Below, one piece after another: positions 8,847 through 18,331 of a stretch of DNA of 64,000 nucleotides; positions within the stretch are counted from its first letter, which is position 1, and every line of letters starts with the position of its first letter. The position numbers and the translations under genes are program-made. Source of the stretch: a virus (Duplodnaviria > Caudoviricetes). The notes beneath the pieces are model-generated. The model worked only from the letters and a program-made list of their open reading frames with translations. It made no database searches and was not told where the DNA came from. The stretch lies in IMG/VR virus record IMGVR_UViG_3300032213_001264, positions 1,555 through 65,554 of that record; one strand, 5' to 3'.

Positions 8847-9474
8847 AAACGCCACAGAAGCATTCGAAGTACTATTCGTAGACATCATGCAAATAGATGA
8901 AGATTTTGCAGGTACTAAAGCAATATTCAACGAAGTGTTTACATTAGCAAACCCTAGCGATAAAGTAATTACTACGCCAGAACGTAAATTCAATACTGAT
9001 TATGCAGAGTACGAATGGAATTGGTATCTTAAAGGAGATCGTGATGCAACTGAAATAGCCGAACGTGCCAAGATATGGAAACAAATGATGGTTCCTGGTA
9101 CTAACGAAGTAAACTCTAACTACGGTTATTTTTGGAAACTAAACGATCAGTTACAAAGAGCAATAACAGAATTACGATTTAATCCAGAAAGCAGAAGAGC
9201 AATTGTAGTTCATTACGATATCAACGAATTAGATAGGTACAAGTACGATACTCCATGTAATGACATACTTAATTTCTATATCAAAAACGGTAAATTAGAA
9301 TTAACTGTATTCGCAAGATCTATTGACTTAGTATACGGTTTCTGTAACGATCAGTACACATTCGCCAAGCTTATGGAGATGGTAGCGTTTCAGTTAGATA
9401 TTCCAGTAGGAGAAATGCATTGGATGGTAACTAACTTACACATCTATCCAAGACATTACGATATGTTAAAATAA
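8836..9474 (+). CDS. Thymidylate synthase-family enzyme, probably dCMP-specific (dCMP hydroxymethylase-like)
   Basis: SRRA, catalytic PC, RSIDLVYGFCND (Asp at the E. coli N177 position), NLHIY. Confidence 0.8.
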   Translation: MLYKNATEAFEVLFVDIMQIDEDFAGTKAIFNEVFTLANPSDKVITTPERKFNTDYAEYEWNWYLKGDRDATEIAERAKIWKQMMVPGTNEVNSNYGYFWKLNDQLQRAITELRFNPESRRAIVVHYDINELDRYKYDTPCNDILNFYIKNGKLELTVFARSIDLVYGFCNDQYTFAKLMEMVAFQLDIPVGEMHWMVTNLHIYPRHYDMLK

Positions 9475-9479
9475 AAGTT

Positions 9480-9959
9480 ATGATAGCAACAAAATTAGCG
9501 AGAGAGTTTTTAGAAGAACAATTATCCAAGTTAGTTCCAAAAAAGTACAGTCAATTTGTGTGGTGGAGACGCTACGAAGTTAGACAGACTTTACCAGAAA
9601 AAGCTCCTTTGTACGATAAGATAATTAATGGTGACTATGAGCACTCGGATTATTATTATCAAGCAGAAATGGAGAATTATCTTCTACAAGACAGAATTAA
9701 AGACATACGATTCTACGAAGATCAGTTAGAGCACAGAAGTTTATTCGGTGCTAGATGGAAAAGATTAATGGACGATTATGCTAAAGACGAGAAAGAGATC
9801 TTAAGAAAGATGAAGAAGGACTTTAAAGCCACTTTCGGTATATCTGGTGATGAATTAGAGCTTATTATGGAAGACTTTGACGGTACAACTTTAGAATTAT
9901 ACATGCACGTAAAACAGTTGACCAGAGAGCGCAGAATGAAAAACTTACAATTAATATGA
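9480..9959 (+). CDS. Hypothetical protein
   Basis: 159 aa ORF with AAAGTTATG start. Confidence 0.75.
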   Translation: MIATKLAREFLEEQLSKLVPKKYSQFVWWRRYEVRQTLPEKAPLYDKIINGDYEHSDYYYQAEMENYLLQDRIKDIRFYEDQLEHRSLFGARWKRLMDDYAKDEKEILRKMKKDFKATFGISGDELELIMEDFDGTTLELYMHVKQLTRERRMKNLQLI

Positions 9960-10492
9960 GCATACAATACACAATATACAAAATAAAAGAAGTGCTAACG
10001 AGAGGCATACTAACTTTTTTTAAGAACATTTGGAAATTTAGAAAAGAGCTATACAGCCACGATTGGTGGGATTATACTTTTACCCTAGAAATATTTTATC
10101 GTTCTTTGGTTATTATGGAAGAGGGCATGAGTAAGAAAGGGCTGGAAGTAGCAGAGACCAGAGACGTGAAAGTAAAACAAATACGTAGAGCAATAGAATT
10201 GCTTAAGCACAAATTGGACAGCGATTACATAGAAAGAGTGGAAGCTGAATTAGGCCCGATAAACTATACTAATTTTTTAGACGAAAAAAACTGGAAAAAA
10301 TTAGAAGGCGGAAATTACGAGTTGATAGACACAGATACACCAGAAGAAAGGAAACACAGTAGAAAAGTATTCAAGCGCGCACGTAAATTAGAGGAAGAAG
10401 AGTGGAAAGAATTATGGACCATTATTAGAGGAAGCAAATTTACTACTTGGGAAAAATTCGATGGAACTGATCTTAGAAATTGGTGGGATTAA
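9956..10492 (+). CDS. Hypothetical phage protein
   Basis: 178 aa, overlapping start/stop, ends NWWD. Confidence 0.75.
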   Translation: MSIQYTIYKIKEVLTRGILTFFKNIWKFRKELYSHDWWDYTFTLEIFYRSLVIMEEGMSKKGLEVAETRDVKVKQIRRAIELLKHKLDSDYIERVEAELGPINYTNFLDEKNWKKLEGGNYELIDTDTPEERKHSRKVFKRARKLEEEEWKELWTIIRGSKFTTWEKFDGTDLRNWWD

Positions 10493-10502
10493 AATAAACA
10501 AT

Positions 10503-10760
10503 ATGCAATATATCAAACAAATTTTAACTGTGTTTAGCGTAGGATTAATTCTATTCACTATGTACACTCAGAACGATAAAATTACTGAGCTTAAAACTAC
10601 AGTGTTAAAACAAGAAAAATTAGTAGACAGTTTACAAAACGATTTATTCTTATCTAAAATGATGAATGGAAGATACGAATTAGCTTTGGATTACTTAAAA
10701 GCGACTAATGCAAAAGCTGCAAAGCAATTTGAAACTTACGCGTCAAAAGAAACCGAGTAA
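10503..10760 (+). CDS. Small membrane-anchored coiled-coil protein
   Basis: N-terminal hydrophobic helix then coiled coil; ATG start at 10503 preferred. Confidence 0.65.
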   Translation: MQYIKQILTVFSVGLILFTMYTQNDKITELKTTVLKQEKLVDSLQNDLFLSKMMNGRYELALDYLKATNAKAAKQFETYASKETE

Positions 10761-10781
10761 TTAACAATAACTTAATACTAC

Positions 10782-10808
10782 AACCCTCTAATTTCTTAGG
10801 GGGTTTTT
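10782..10808 (+). terminator. Rho-independent terminator
   Basis: AACCCTCTAA-TTTC-TTAGGGGGTT hairpin followed by T run. Confidence 0.75.
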
Positions 10809-10818
10809 ATTTATTAGC

Positions 10819-11523
10819 ATGTTGAAAAATATATTGACCATTGTTATTCCTTGTAAAAACGAGGGAATAAATATTTACGATTGTGTAGGTTTAATATGTA
10901 CACAAAAAAATATTTTAGGAACGAAGATCATAATAGCAGACAATTCGGATGACGAATCTTCTATGTGGTGGTTATGGAAAACAAAAACTGATTTTAAATA
11001 CTCGTTAAATATAGAAGTCATAAAAGGCGGGTATCCAGCAAAAGCTAGATTAGACGGAAGTAAATTAGTTACCACTCCTTATATTCTATTTTTAGACGCT
11101 GATATAATGCTTAAGCAAAAAGATCTATTAGAAAAAATATCTGAAGAAAATAAGGATTTAATTACAGTTCCATTTGTAACAGAAAAAGAGTGGAATTGGG
11201 TGTTTAAAGCATTTAACGTATTTCAAATTTTAAGTGTTAAGCTTGGAACTCCTTTCGCTGTAGGCGGATTTCAATATTGGAATACGAAAGCTTATTGGGA
11301 ATGCGGAGGTTACAAAGAAGAAGAACTATTCGCAGAAGATTATTCGGTATCTCATTTAGTGAATTCTAAAAAATTCAAGATATATAAAACAAAAGGCGTA
11401 TATACTTCTGCTAGAAGATTTAAAAATAAAGGCGTATTCTATATGTTTTGGTTAATGATCAAATGCTATATGAATAGAAACAATCCAGAGTTTTTTAAAC
11501 AACATCACAACTATTGGTCATGA
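10819..11523 (+). CDS. Glycosyltransferase family 2
   Basis: IVIPCKNE, IADNSDD, LFLDAD, AEDY, TSARRF. Confidence 0.88.
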   Translation: MLKNILTIVIPCKNEGINIYDCVGLICTQKNILGTKIIIADNSDDESSMWWLWKTKTDFKYSLNIEVIKGGYPAKARLDGSKLVTTPYILFLDADIMLKQKDLLEKISEENKDLITVPFVTEKEWNWVFKAFNVFQILSVKLGTPFAVGGFQYWNTKAYWECGGYKEEELFAEDYSVSHLVNSKKFKIYKTKGVYTSARRFKNKGVFYMFWLMIKCYMNRNNPEFFKQHHNYWS

Positions 11524-12260
11524 AGTATCAAGCAATCATAGTATCAGACTTACATTTAGGCACAAAAGATTCTAAAGCAGAAGAGTTTATGGAATTTTTA
11601 GAAAAGCATCCAACAGATCTACTAATTCTTAATGGAGATATCATTGATGGTTGGGCTTTGAATAGAGGCGCTAAATGGAAAAAGCAGCACACAAAAGTCA
11701 TATCTAAGTTATTGAAATTATCTAACAAGACACAGATCATTTGGATCAGAGGAAATCATGATGAATTCTTACACGAATTTATGGGAAACCATTTTGGAGG
11801 AATTGAAATTAGAGAAGATTATGTATTCAATACAAAAGTTTGGGTGGAAGATGATGTATATAGGAATGAGAGTTATTATATTTTCCACGGAGATGTTATT
11901 GATATTTTTATAACAAAGTATAAATGGCTTTCTAAAATAGGCGCGATAGGATACGATTTTGCTTTATGGTTAAATAGGTGGTACAACAAATACAGAGTGT
12001 GGAGAAAATTACCCTACCAATCAATTTCACAAAAGATAAAGAGCGGAGTAAAAGCCGCAACCAACTACGTTAATGATTTTGAAGTAACAGCGTTATCCAT
12101 GGCGAGCAAAAAAGGCTGTCACGGAGTAATGTGCGGGCATATACACCAACCAGAAGACAGAATGATAAATGGTAAGCGCTATTTAAACAGCGGGGACTGG
12201 GTTGAGAACATGACCGCTATATGTGTAGAAGATACTGGCAGGATATATTTATATTCATGA
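11520..12260 (+). CDS. UDP-2,3-diacylglucosamine diphosphatase-like metallophosphoesterase
   Basis: SDLHLG, GDIIDGW, GNHD, HGD, GHIH, NSGDW. Confidence 0.85.
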   Translation: MKYQAIIVSDLHLGTKDSKAEEFMEFLEKHPTDLLILNGDIIDGWALNRGAKWKKQHTKVISKLLKLSNKTQIIWIRGNHDEFLHEFMGNHFGGIEIREDYVFNTKVWVEDDVYRNESYYIFHGDVIDIFITKYKWLSKIGAIGYDFALWLNRWYNKYRVWRKLPYQSISQKIKSGVKAATNYVNDFEVTALSMASKKGCHGVMCGHIHQPEDRMINGKRYLNSGDWVENMTAICVEDTGRIYLYS

Positions 12261-12892
12261 AACAAGCCCTATTTTTTATCTGTTTACTATTCACATTAGC
12301 AGTAAACGCCCAAGACACGGTTAGAATCCGCCACAAAGAATTCACTACAGTATACTCAAAATCAAAGAAATATCCAGTGCTTGTAGAGTGGTACGCAACT
12401 AAAGCAAAAATAGGATGTCCTACACCACTAGCGAGAAAAGATCAATTCGCACCAGATCCTCAAATTAGAGAAGAATCTGATATAGCGAAAGATTATGTTG
12501 GTTCAGGAACAGATCGTGGCCACATGAGCCCTGCAGCTGACAACCTATGTTCAGGAGCAGAGGTACAGAAAGAGTGTTTCTATTTCACTAATATGTCTCC
12601 TCAATACCACAGTTTAAATGCTGGAGATTGGAAATCACTTGAAACTTTGACTAGAAGTTTAGCAATGCAATACGATAGTGTACACGTATGGGCAGGTAAT
12701 ATAGGCGAAGCTAAAAAAATTGGTAGAGTTTCTGTTCCCACTATTTGTTGGAAAGTGATTTATATTAAGAAGACCAAAGAGTACATGGCTTATATGTTCG
12801 ACAATAATACAAGCAAGCCAGATGGCCTTAATAACAATAAGGTTACTTTGGAAGACATACAGAAGTTAACTCACTTCAAATTTAAAGATTAA
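12257..12892 (+). CDS. Secreted DNA/RNA non-specific endonuclease (NucA/EndA family)
   Basis: Signal peptide MKQALFF..VNA-Q; DRGH, NMSPQ, LNAGDWKSLE. Confidence 0.9.
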   Translation: MKQALFFICLLFTLAVNAQDTVRIRHKEFTTVYSKSKKYPVLVEWYATKAKIGCPTPLARKDQFAPDPQIREESDIAKDYVGSGTDRGHMSPAADNLCSGAEVQKECFYFTNMSPQYHSLNAGDWKSLETLTRSLAMQYDSVHVWAGNIGEAKKIGRVSVPTICWKVIYIKKTKEYMAYMFDNNTSKPDGLNNNKVTLEDIQKLTHFKFKD

Positions 12893-12922
12893 AAATTCTG
12901 GAAAAAAGGTTATATTAGTGTT

Positions 12923-13216
12923 ATGAAAAAGGAAGCAGAATTTCACATAGGAGATGGGCAACATTTGACCATGAAAACTACCTACACCGTTGAAATGAGA
13001 GATAAATTAAGGCTATTGACAGGAGACGGTAAAGGTCAAGATTTGGATATTATCATTACAGCAGATTTTGAAAAAATACCAAAAGAGTACCACTTGCTAT
13101 TCATGAGAATGATGATGGTAAAATACGGAAGCGTAGTAAACATTCATGATAACACAAACCCATTTGAAGATCCACAGAGCCCAAAAAAGCCTTGGTATAA
13201 ATTTTGGAAAAAATAA
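12923..13216 (+). CDS. Hypothetical protein
   Basis: 97 aa, C-terminal KKPWYKFWKK amphipathic tail. Confidence 0.7.
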   Translation: MKKEAEFHIGDGQHLTMKTTYTVEMRDKLRLLTGDGKGQDLDIIITADFEKIPKEYHLLFMRMMMVKYGSVVNIHDNTNPFEDPQSPKKPWYKFWKK

Positions 13217-13231
13217 TTAAAAATTAACAAT

Positions 13232-13492
13232 ATGAAAAGAGTTTTATACTTCTCAACAGCATGGTGTGGACCTTGTAAAATGTTCAAACCAGTAGTTCAA
13301 CAGGTTTCCCAGGAGACAGGTATTCAAGTTACGTATATAGATGCAGATCAAGATCAAGAGACTTCAAAAAAGTATAATATCAATTCTGTACCTACTATCG
13401 TAATCGTTGATGCTTCTGGAGGTATGTTATACAGAAACGCAGGTGTTATGCCAAAGGGCCAATTATCTCAATTATTGAGAACAATAGGATAA
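13232..13492 (+). CDS. trxA: Thioredoxin
   Basis: WCGPCK and SVPT motifs. Confidence 0.92.
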   Translation: MKRVLYFSTAWCGPCKMFKPVVQQVSQETGIQVTYIDADQDQETSKKYNINSVPTIVIVDASGGMLYRNAGVMPKGQLSQLLRTIG

Positions 13493-13510
13493 CACCACAT
13501 ATTTATTTAC

Positions 13511-13546
13511 AAATGGTTTTGAAGCAGTTTCGCTTTAAAGCCATTT
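13511..13546 (+). promoter_or_regulatory. 15-bp stem-loop immediately before the 13548 start codon
   Basis: AAATGGTTTTGAAGC / GCTTTAAAGCCATTT pair with two G-U; just downstream of an ATATTTAT motif. Confidence 0.55.
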
Positions 13547-13547
13547 T

Positions 13548-14033
13548 ATGCGATATACACTACTACTATTATTATTAAGTCCGCTGTTTGTTTTATCCCA
13601 AGACTTAAACAGCAAGGTTTCAGTAAACACTGTTAAAAATAGCGTAAGAATGGGCCCAATGACTGGGAATGCCAATCTTACGATGGGTGTTAAAAACATA
13701 ATTCAAGAAGTTTTACAAGACAAAGGTTATTCACTAGTTAACAAAGAAGAAGCGGATCTTTTTGTTGAAGTAGAGATTGTGTACATGGACCAGCAAAAAA
13801 CTGCTACAAATGTATCAATATTTCACAAAGACGAAAATACAGTGGTTATTAGAATGCTTGGTAAATTAATAAACAAATCAGGCAAAGTTGTTAAAAAGGA
13901 GTTGGTAACCGACGAATCTTCTGAAATATCCACATCAACATTATTGATTTCAGAGAATGGAGAGTTTAACTCAACCGTTATGAGAAACGCACTAAAAAAG
14001 ACATGCGTTCAGGTTGTGAATAAACTACTCTAA
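13548..14033 (+). CDS. Exported protein, possibly CsgG/LptE-like fold
   Basis: Signal peptide; GVKNIIQEVLQDKGY..ADLFVEVEI; C-terminal NALKKTC helix resembles the end of 20674 protein. Confidence 0.55.
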   Translation: MRYTLLLLLLSPLFVLSQDLNSKVSVNTVKNSVRMGPMTGNANLTMGVKNIIQEVLQDKGYSLVNKEEADLFVEVEIVYMDQQKTATNVSIFHKDENTVVIRMLGKLINKSGKVVKKELVTDESSEISTSTLLISENGEFNSTVMRNALKKTCVQVVNKLL

Positions 14034-14036
14034 ACT

Positions 14037-15683
14037 ATGAAGAAATTATTAGCAATTGTTGGACTATTATTAACATTCGGAGTTTCCAACGCTCAATTAA
14101 CCGTTAACCAATCTGTAACTCCAACAACTGGATTAAAAGTTGGTGATACCATTTCAATTAAATACACTGTAGCAAGAGGTACAACTACTCCTCGTTATTT
14201 TTGGTTGAGATACCAATTTAATAATAAGGCTTTGACCTATCTTTCAACTACTTTCTCTCAAGGTAGTTCTTCTCAAACTTTCTACACTGGTTGGCCAAAT
14301 TACAGATTTACTGCTAGCACAGCAAATAGCATAACGACTACAGATTTGTATGCTCAATATCTGGCTTCTCCATGGGCTTACGCCGTTAATTCAGATTGGA
14401 ACGTTGGACAATTGACAGTACAAAGAACAGACGCGAATGTTAATGGAGATATAGCTACTCAAAAATATATAATTAAAGACTTAAGTGATTATAGCAATAT
14501 TCATAAATTAGATTTATCTTATGCCATTGATGATACATCAGCCAGAGTTGCCGCAATCACTACGACAACAGGTTTAGCATCTTTGACTAATGTAGTTGGT
14601 AATACTTCTCAATTTAAAGTTAGAGTGTTATTTCCTTCAAATTACACAATCACAGACCATAACATTCAGTTAATGAGATTAAAAACTGATGGTAGCGGTG
14701 ATATAGATTGGTCACAACAGCCAATAGCTCAAAAAGCATTAGACGCAAGCGGTGAAGCCATATTTACTTCTGGAGTTAAAGTAGGAGATAGCGTAGGAGT
14801 ATTTGTAGGACCAGCATTCCAAAAAACATTTATGAATAACATCGTAACAGTTTCAGATGCATACAAAGCTTTTTTAGGTGTTTCTCAAACTGATATCGCA
14901 GGAACTCCAAATTTCTTTACAAGACCAGTATTAGAAAAAAGAGTTGGCTTAGTTACAATAGGCAATTCAACTTTTGGTGAAAGTGATTCATATTATTTAT
15001 TTGCTCACGTGATGGGTATCAACGTAGCAACAAAAGCTGCGATTCCAACATCCACTTCAACTTCAGTTAGATGGTATAGTGGTTTATTAAACCAAAGTTG
15101 GTTAGACGGAGTTACTAAAAATAGAGTATTGATTACACAACCAAGTCAAACGGTAGATGCGGTATTTGCATGGGGTGGAGATTTAGATTGGTCGCACTCT
15201 TCTCATCCTGACACCATCGCTAATAGAATATCAACAGGTAACTACATTAACTCAGTGAATACAAAATCCTTTCAATCAATGTCTGTGAAATCAATGTCTT
15301 ACACAGCACCAGTATTTGAAAAAGCAACATTAGGTATTACATCAACTTTAGAGAATGGTAAAGTAATATTGACTACGACTTTAACTAAGGCAGATTTAGC
15401 TGGTTTACAAGTAGTAATGAATTACGATTCTACTAAGTTAACTTTGAATAACGTTATATTTGATGCAGGTTCTACAATTACAAACTTTTCAACAAAAGAT
15501 AATAGTAGATTGACATTTGGTTCAATTGATCAATTAAAAACTGCTAGAATTAAAATTGGTACTCCATATAAATTGATATTCACACCAAAAGAACCTTTAA
15601 CAAATACAGCAGGTTTATTCTTCTTCGTATTAGCAGACGCTGTTGATGCACTTGGAAAGAAAATTGATTTAACAATAGAATAA
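14037..15683 (+). CDS. Exported protein with cohesin-like domains and degenerate dockerin-like segment
   Basis: Signal peptide SNA-Q; KVGDTISIKYTV; NNIVTVSDAY; GDLDWSHS; LAGLQVVMNYDSTKL. Confidence 0.6.
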   Translation: MKKLLAIVGLLLTFGVSNAQLTVNQSVTPTTGLKVGDTISIKYTVARGTTTPRYFWLRYQFNNKALTYLSTTFSQGSSSQTFYTGWPNYRFTASTANSITTTDLYAQYLASPWAYAVNSDWNVGQLTVQRTDANVNGDIATQKYIIKDLSDYSNIHKLDLSYAIDDTSARVAAITTTTGLASLTNVVGNTSQFKVRVLFPSNYTITDHNIQLMRLKTDGSGDIDWSQQPIAQKALDASGEAIFTSGVKVGDSVGVFVGPAFQKTFMNNIVTVSDAYKAFLGVSQTDIAGTPNFFTRPVLEKRVGLVTIGNSTFGESDSYYLFAHVMGINVATKAAIPTSTSTSVRWYSGLLNQSWLDGVTKNRVLITQPSQTVDAVFAWGGDLDWSHSSHPDTIANRISTGNYINSVNTKSFQSMSVKSMSYTAPVFEKATLGITSTLENGKVILTTTLTKADLAGLQVVMNYDSTKLTLNNVIFDAGSTITNFSTKDNSRLTFGSIDQLKTARIKIGTPYKLIFTPKEPLTNTAGLFFFVLADAVDALGKKIDLTIE

Positions 15684-15687
15684 TTAA

Positions 15688-17982
15688 ATGAAAAATTTAA
15701 TAGTTACATTATTATTTTTACTAACATCATTTTTAGGGTTAGGACAGAGTGTATCTGCTCCTGACTCTAAATCGTTTACACCTTCTACTAACGGGCAAAA
15801 CGCTAGTGGATTTTTATTAAGTGGTTTTAGTGCAACATCAACTCTATTAACATCAATCAGTTTAATTAATCCACCAAGCGGCACAACATTTTATCTTGAC
15901 ACAACAAGAGGTTTAGTTGCTGCAAGTGGATTTACTTTAACGGGTAATAAAACTCGTTTAGTAGTAACTGGAACGATGTCTAGTATCAATACAGCATTGG
16001 CATCTTTAAAAATAAATACAGGTTCAGTAAGAGGCAATGTTCAACTATCAGTAGCAGCAACAGTAAATCCTGTTGGATATTATTACAATGGTGTAAATGG
16101 ACACTTTTATAGACCAATATCAACAACGGCAACTTATACAGGCGCAAGAGCCGCAGCATTAACAACAACATTCAAAGGCCAGCAAGGATATTTAGTAACA
16201 ATTACTTCTGCTGATGAAGATGCTTTTATATTTGCTAATGTCCCGCAAGGCAATATTTGGTTTGCACTAACTGATGAAGCGAGTGAAGCTAGATGGACAA
16301 TAGACGCTGGACCTGAAAAAGGAACTCTAATCAAAATCAACAATGGACAAACAAACGGAAACATACCAGGACAATACAATAACTGGGCAGGCGGTGAACC
16401 AAATAATAGCGGTGATGAAGATTATGCAGTAACTAAATGGGGTGGAGGTTCTCAATGGAACGATTTACCAAATCATTTTAGTAACCCGTATGTAATTGAA
16501 TATGGAACTTGGACTAATCCTGATGACCAAACATTTACTGAATTTTATACTAATAGCGTAACTCATACAAACGGAGAAGTGCTAACAGCAAGATTTAATT
16601 TTAACTTTGGTGGTAACGTAGATGAAACTAAATTCTCAGCAAAAGCAAACACTTACGTAAATAATGCATGGAGCGTAACAACAAACACATCTAGAGCAAT
16701 AAGCGGATTAGGTAAAGTTGATATTACAAACGATTTAGACACTCTTAAAGTGAGTAGCGGTGGCACTAGAGCAACAACAACTACTGGACAAGTGGAATGG
16801 TGCGTAATTTATGAATACGATGTGACTAATCAAAGATATAGAATTGGTATTGATAGTAGAGAAGTAAACGGAATATTGTCAGATCCATCTACAATTAGCA
16901 ATTTACAATTATTCGATCTATGGAATGGCCCCGTAACATTTAATTCTTATGACGCCAATGGTTGGACAGAGGTATATGTTTATACATCTACACAATTTAA
17001 TTTTGCAGGTTCGTCATTCGCATCATTTATTAGAGCAGGAAATGGATTTTATGGTTTAAGAGCAGAATTTACTTTCTCACAAATACAAAGCTTTAAACAA
17101 CATGGAATAAACTTATCATATGCTAATCAAACTGAGTTAAATACTTTATATAATAGTATTGTAAGTGTCGCTGATGTTTATTTGGCATTTAAAGAATTAT
17201 CATTGGGCGGATTATTTGGAAATGAGAGTGGAAATGAATTTACGTCAGGTTTACAATTTATGAATGCTGATGTAGATGGCAATGGCTTATTTAATGAAGC
17301 AGATACCTACAGATTACTACAGCACCTAACAGGAGTAAAATCGCTTACTGAATATTCAACATTAACCTATTTAATGAAATTATATAATAAAGTAGATTAC
17401 GACGCAATTACTAAGTCTAATTGGAATACTCAATTTAATGCTACAAGAAGTTTATACCCTTTTAGTTTGAATACAGGTACACTTAACAATACTTACAATG
17501 TAAACGTAACTTGGATAGGAGATGTAAACATGTCCCATTCAGCTCAACAAACTCAGAGTAGTATCGCTAGTAATTCATATAGAAGTATGAGTTTAGCAAC
17601 AAGTCCAATAGCAAGAGAAATAAATGCTACAATTATAACTGAATTAATAGGCGATAGTGTTTGTGCATATATAACAGTAGATCCTTTGCAACAAGAATTA
17701 GTGGGAACTCAATTCAAATTAAATTATGATAATAGCATATTAAAATTTAGTAGCATATCATATAAAACAAAAGGATCTCCTACTAATTACGGAACTGATA
17801 AAGGCGACTATATAAACTTTGGTTCTTTAATTACAGCTGATGGAAATTTAGATAATACTACTGAGTATAAAATTATCTTTAAAACCCAAACAAAATTAAA
17901 TAACGTATTGGGATTAATTTCTATGGCTTTCACTGATGCGGTTAATAAGGCTGGATCTACGTTAAAAATTAGAATGAAGTAA
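15688..17982 (+). CDS. Exported protein: C-type lectin domain + dockerin-like + cohesin-like domains
   Basis: GYLVTITSADE, IWFALTD, YNNWAGGEPNN, WND (C-type lectin, EPN); ADVDGNGLFNEADTYRLLQHL (dockerin/EF-hand); VGTQFKLNYDNSIL (cohesin). Confidence 0.72.
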   Translation: MKNLIVTLLFLLTSFLGLGQSVSAPDSKSFTPSTNGQNASGFLLSGFSATSTLLTSISLINPPSGTTFYLDTTRGLVAASGFTLTGNKTRLVVTGTMSSINTALASLKINTGSVRGNVQLSVAATVNPVGYYYNGVNGHFYRPISTTATYTGARAAALTTTFKGQQGYLVTITSADEDAFIFANVPQGNIWFALTDEASEARWTIDAGPEKGTLIKINNGQTNGNIPGQYNNWAGGEPNNSGDEDYAVTKWGGGSQWNDLPNHFSNPYVIEYGTWTNPDDQTFTEFYTNSVTHTNGEVLTARFNFNFGGNVDETKFSAKANTYVNNAWSVTTNTSRAISGLGKVDITNDLDTLKVSSGGTRATTTTGQVEWCVIYEYDVTNQRYRIGIDSREVNGILSDPSTISNLQLFDLWNGPVTFNSYDANGWTEVYVYTSTQFNFAGSSFASFIRAGNGFYGLRAEFTFSQIQSFKQHGINLSYANQTELNTLYNSIVSVADVYLAFKELSLGGLFGNESGNEFTSGLQFMNADVDGNGLFNEADTYRLLQHLTGVKSLTEYSTLTYLMKLYNKVDYDAITKSNWNTQFNATRSLYPFSLNTGTLNNTYNVNVTWIGDVNMSHSAQQTQSSIASNSYRSMSLATSPIAREINATIITELIGDSVCAYITVDPLQQELVGTQFKLNYDNSILKFSSISYKTKGSPTNYGTDKGDYINFGSLITADGNLDNTTEYKIIFKTQTKLNNVLGLISMAFTDAVNKAGSTLKIRMK

Positions 17983-18320
17983 TGAAAAAACTGCTATTTA
18001 TATTGCTATTAGTAGGTTGCACCAAAGTAGCTCCTATAGTACCAGCGCCTCCGGCTAGTAGGGATATCTTTAGCGTTTCTCAAAGTAGTGTATCAAATGG
18101 TATGGAAATAGTTTTCAATTTAAAAGCAAATGGTGTCTATACATTGACAATGGGAGATAGCATAACCAATCAAGTAGTGACTAGGGAACGCTTCAATGGC
18201 AAGACGGGTGAAAATAAGCTAAAAATATATACTAAGTCACTACCCGTTAAATATTTATATCTAGTACTAGAGGATACCTCTAAAACCCAAATAGGTAAAA
18301 CAACAATAACAGTTAACTAA
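17982..18320 (+). CDS. Lipoprotein with T9SS C-terminal-domain-like fold
   Basis: Lipobox LVGC; GENKLKIYTKSLPVKYLYLVL; paralogous to 18332. Confidence 0.55.
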   Translation: MKKLLFILLLVGCTKVAPIVPAPPASRDIFSVSQSSVSNGMEIVFNLKANGVYTLTMGDSITNQVVTRERFNGKTGENKLKIYTKSLPVKYLYLVLEDTSKTQIGKTTITVN

Positions 18321-18331
18321 AAATTAAAAAA

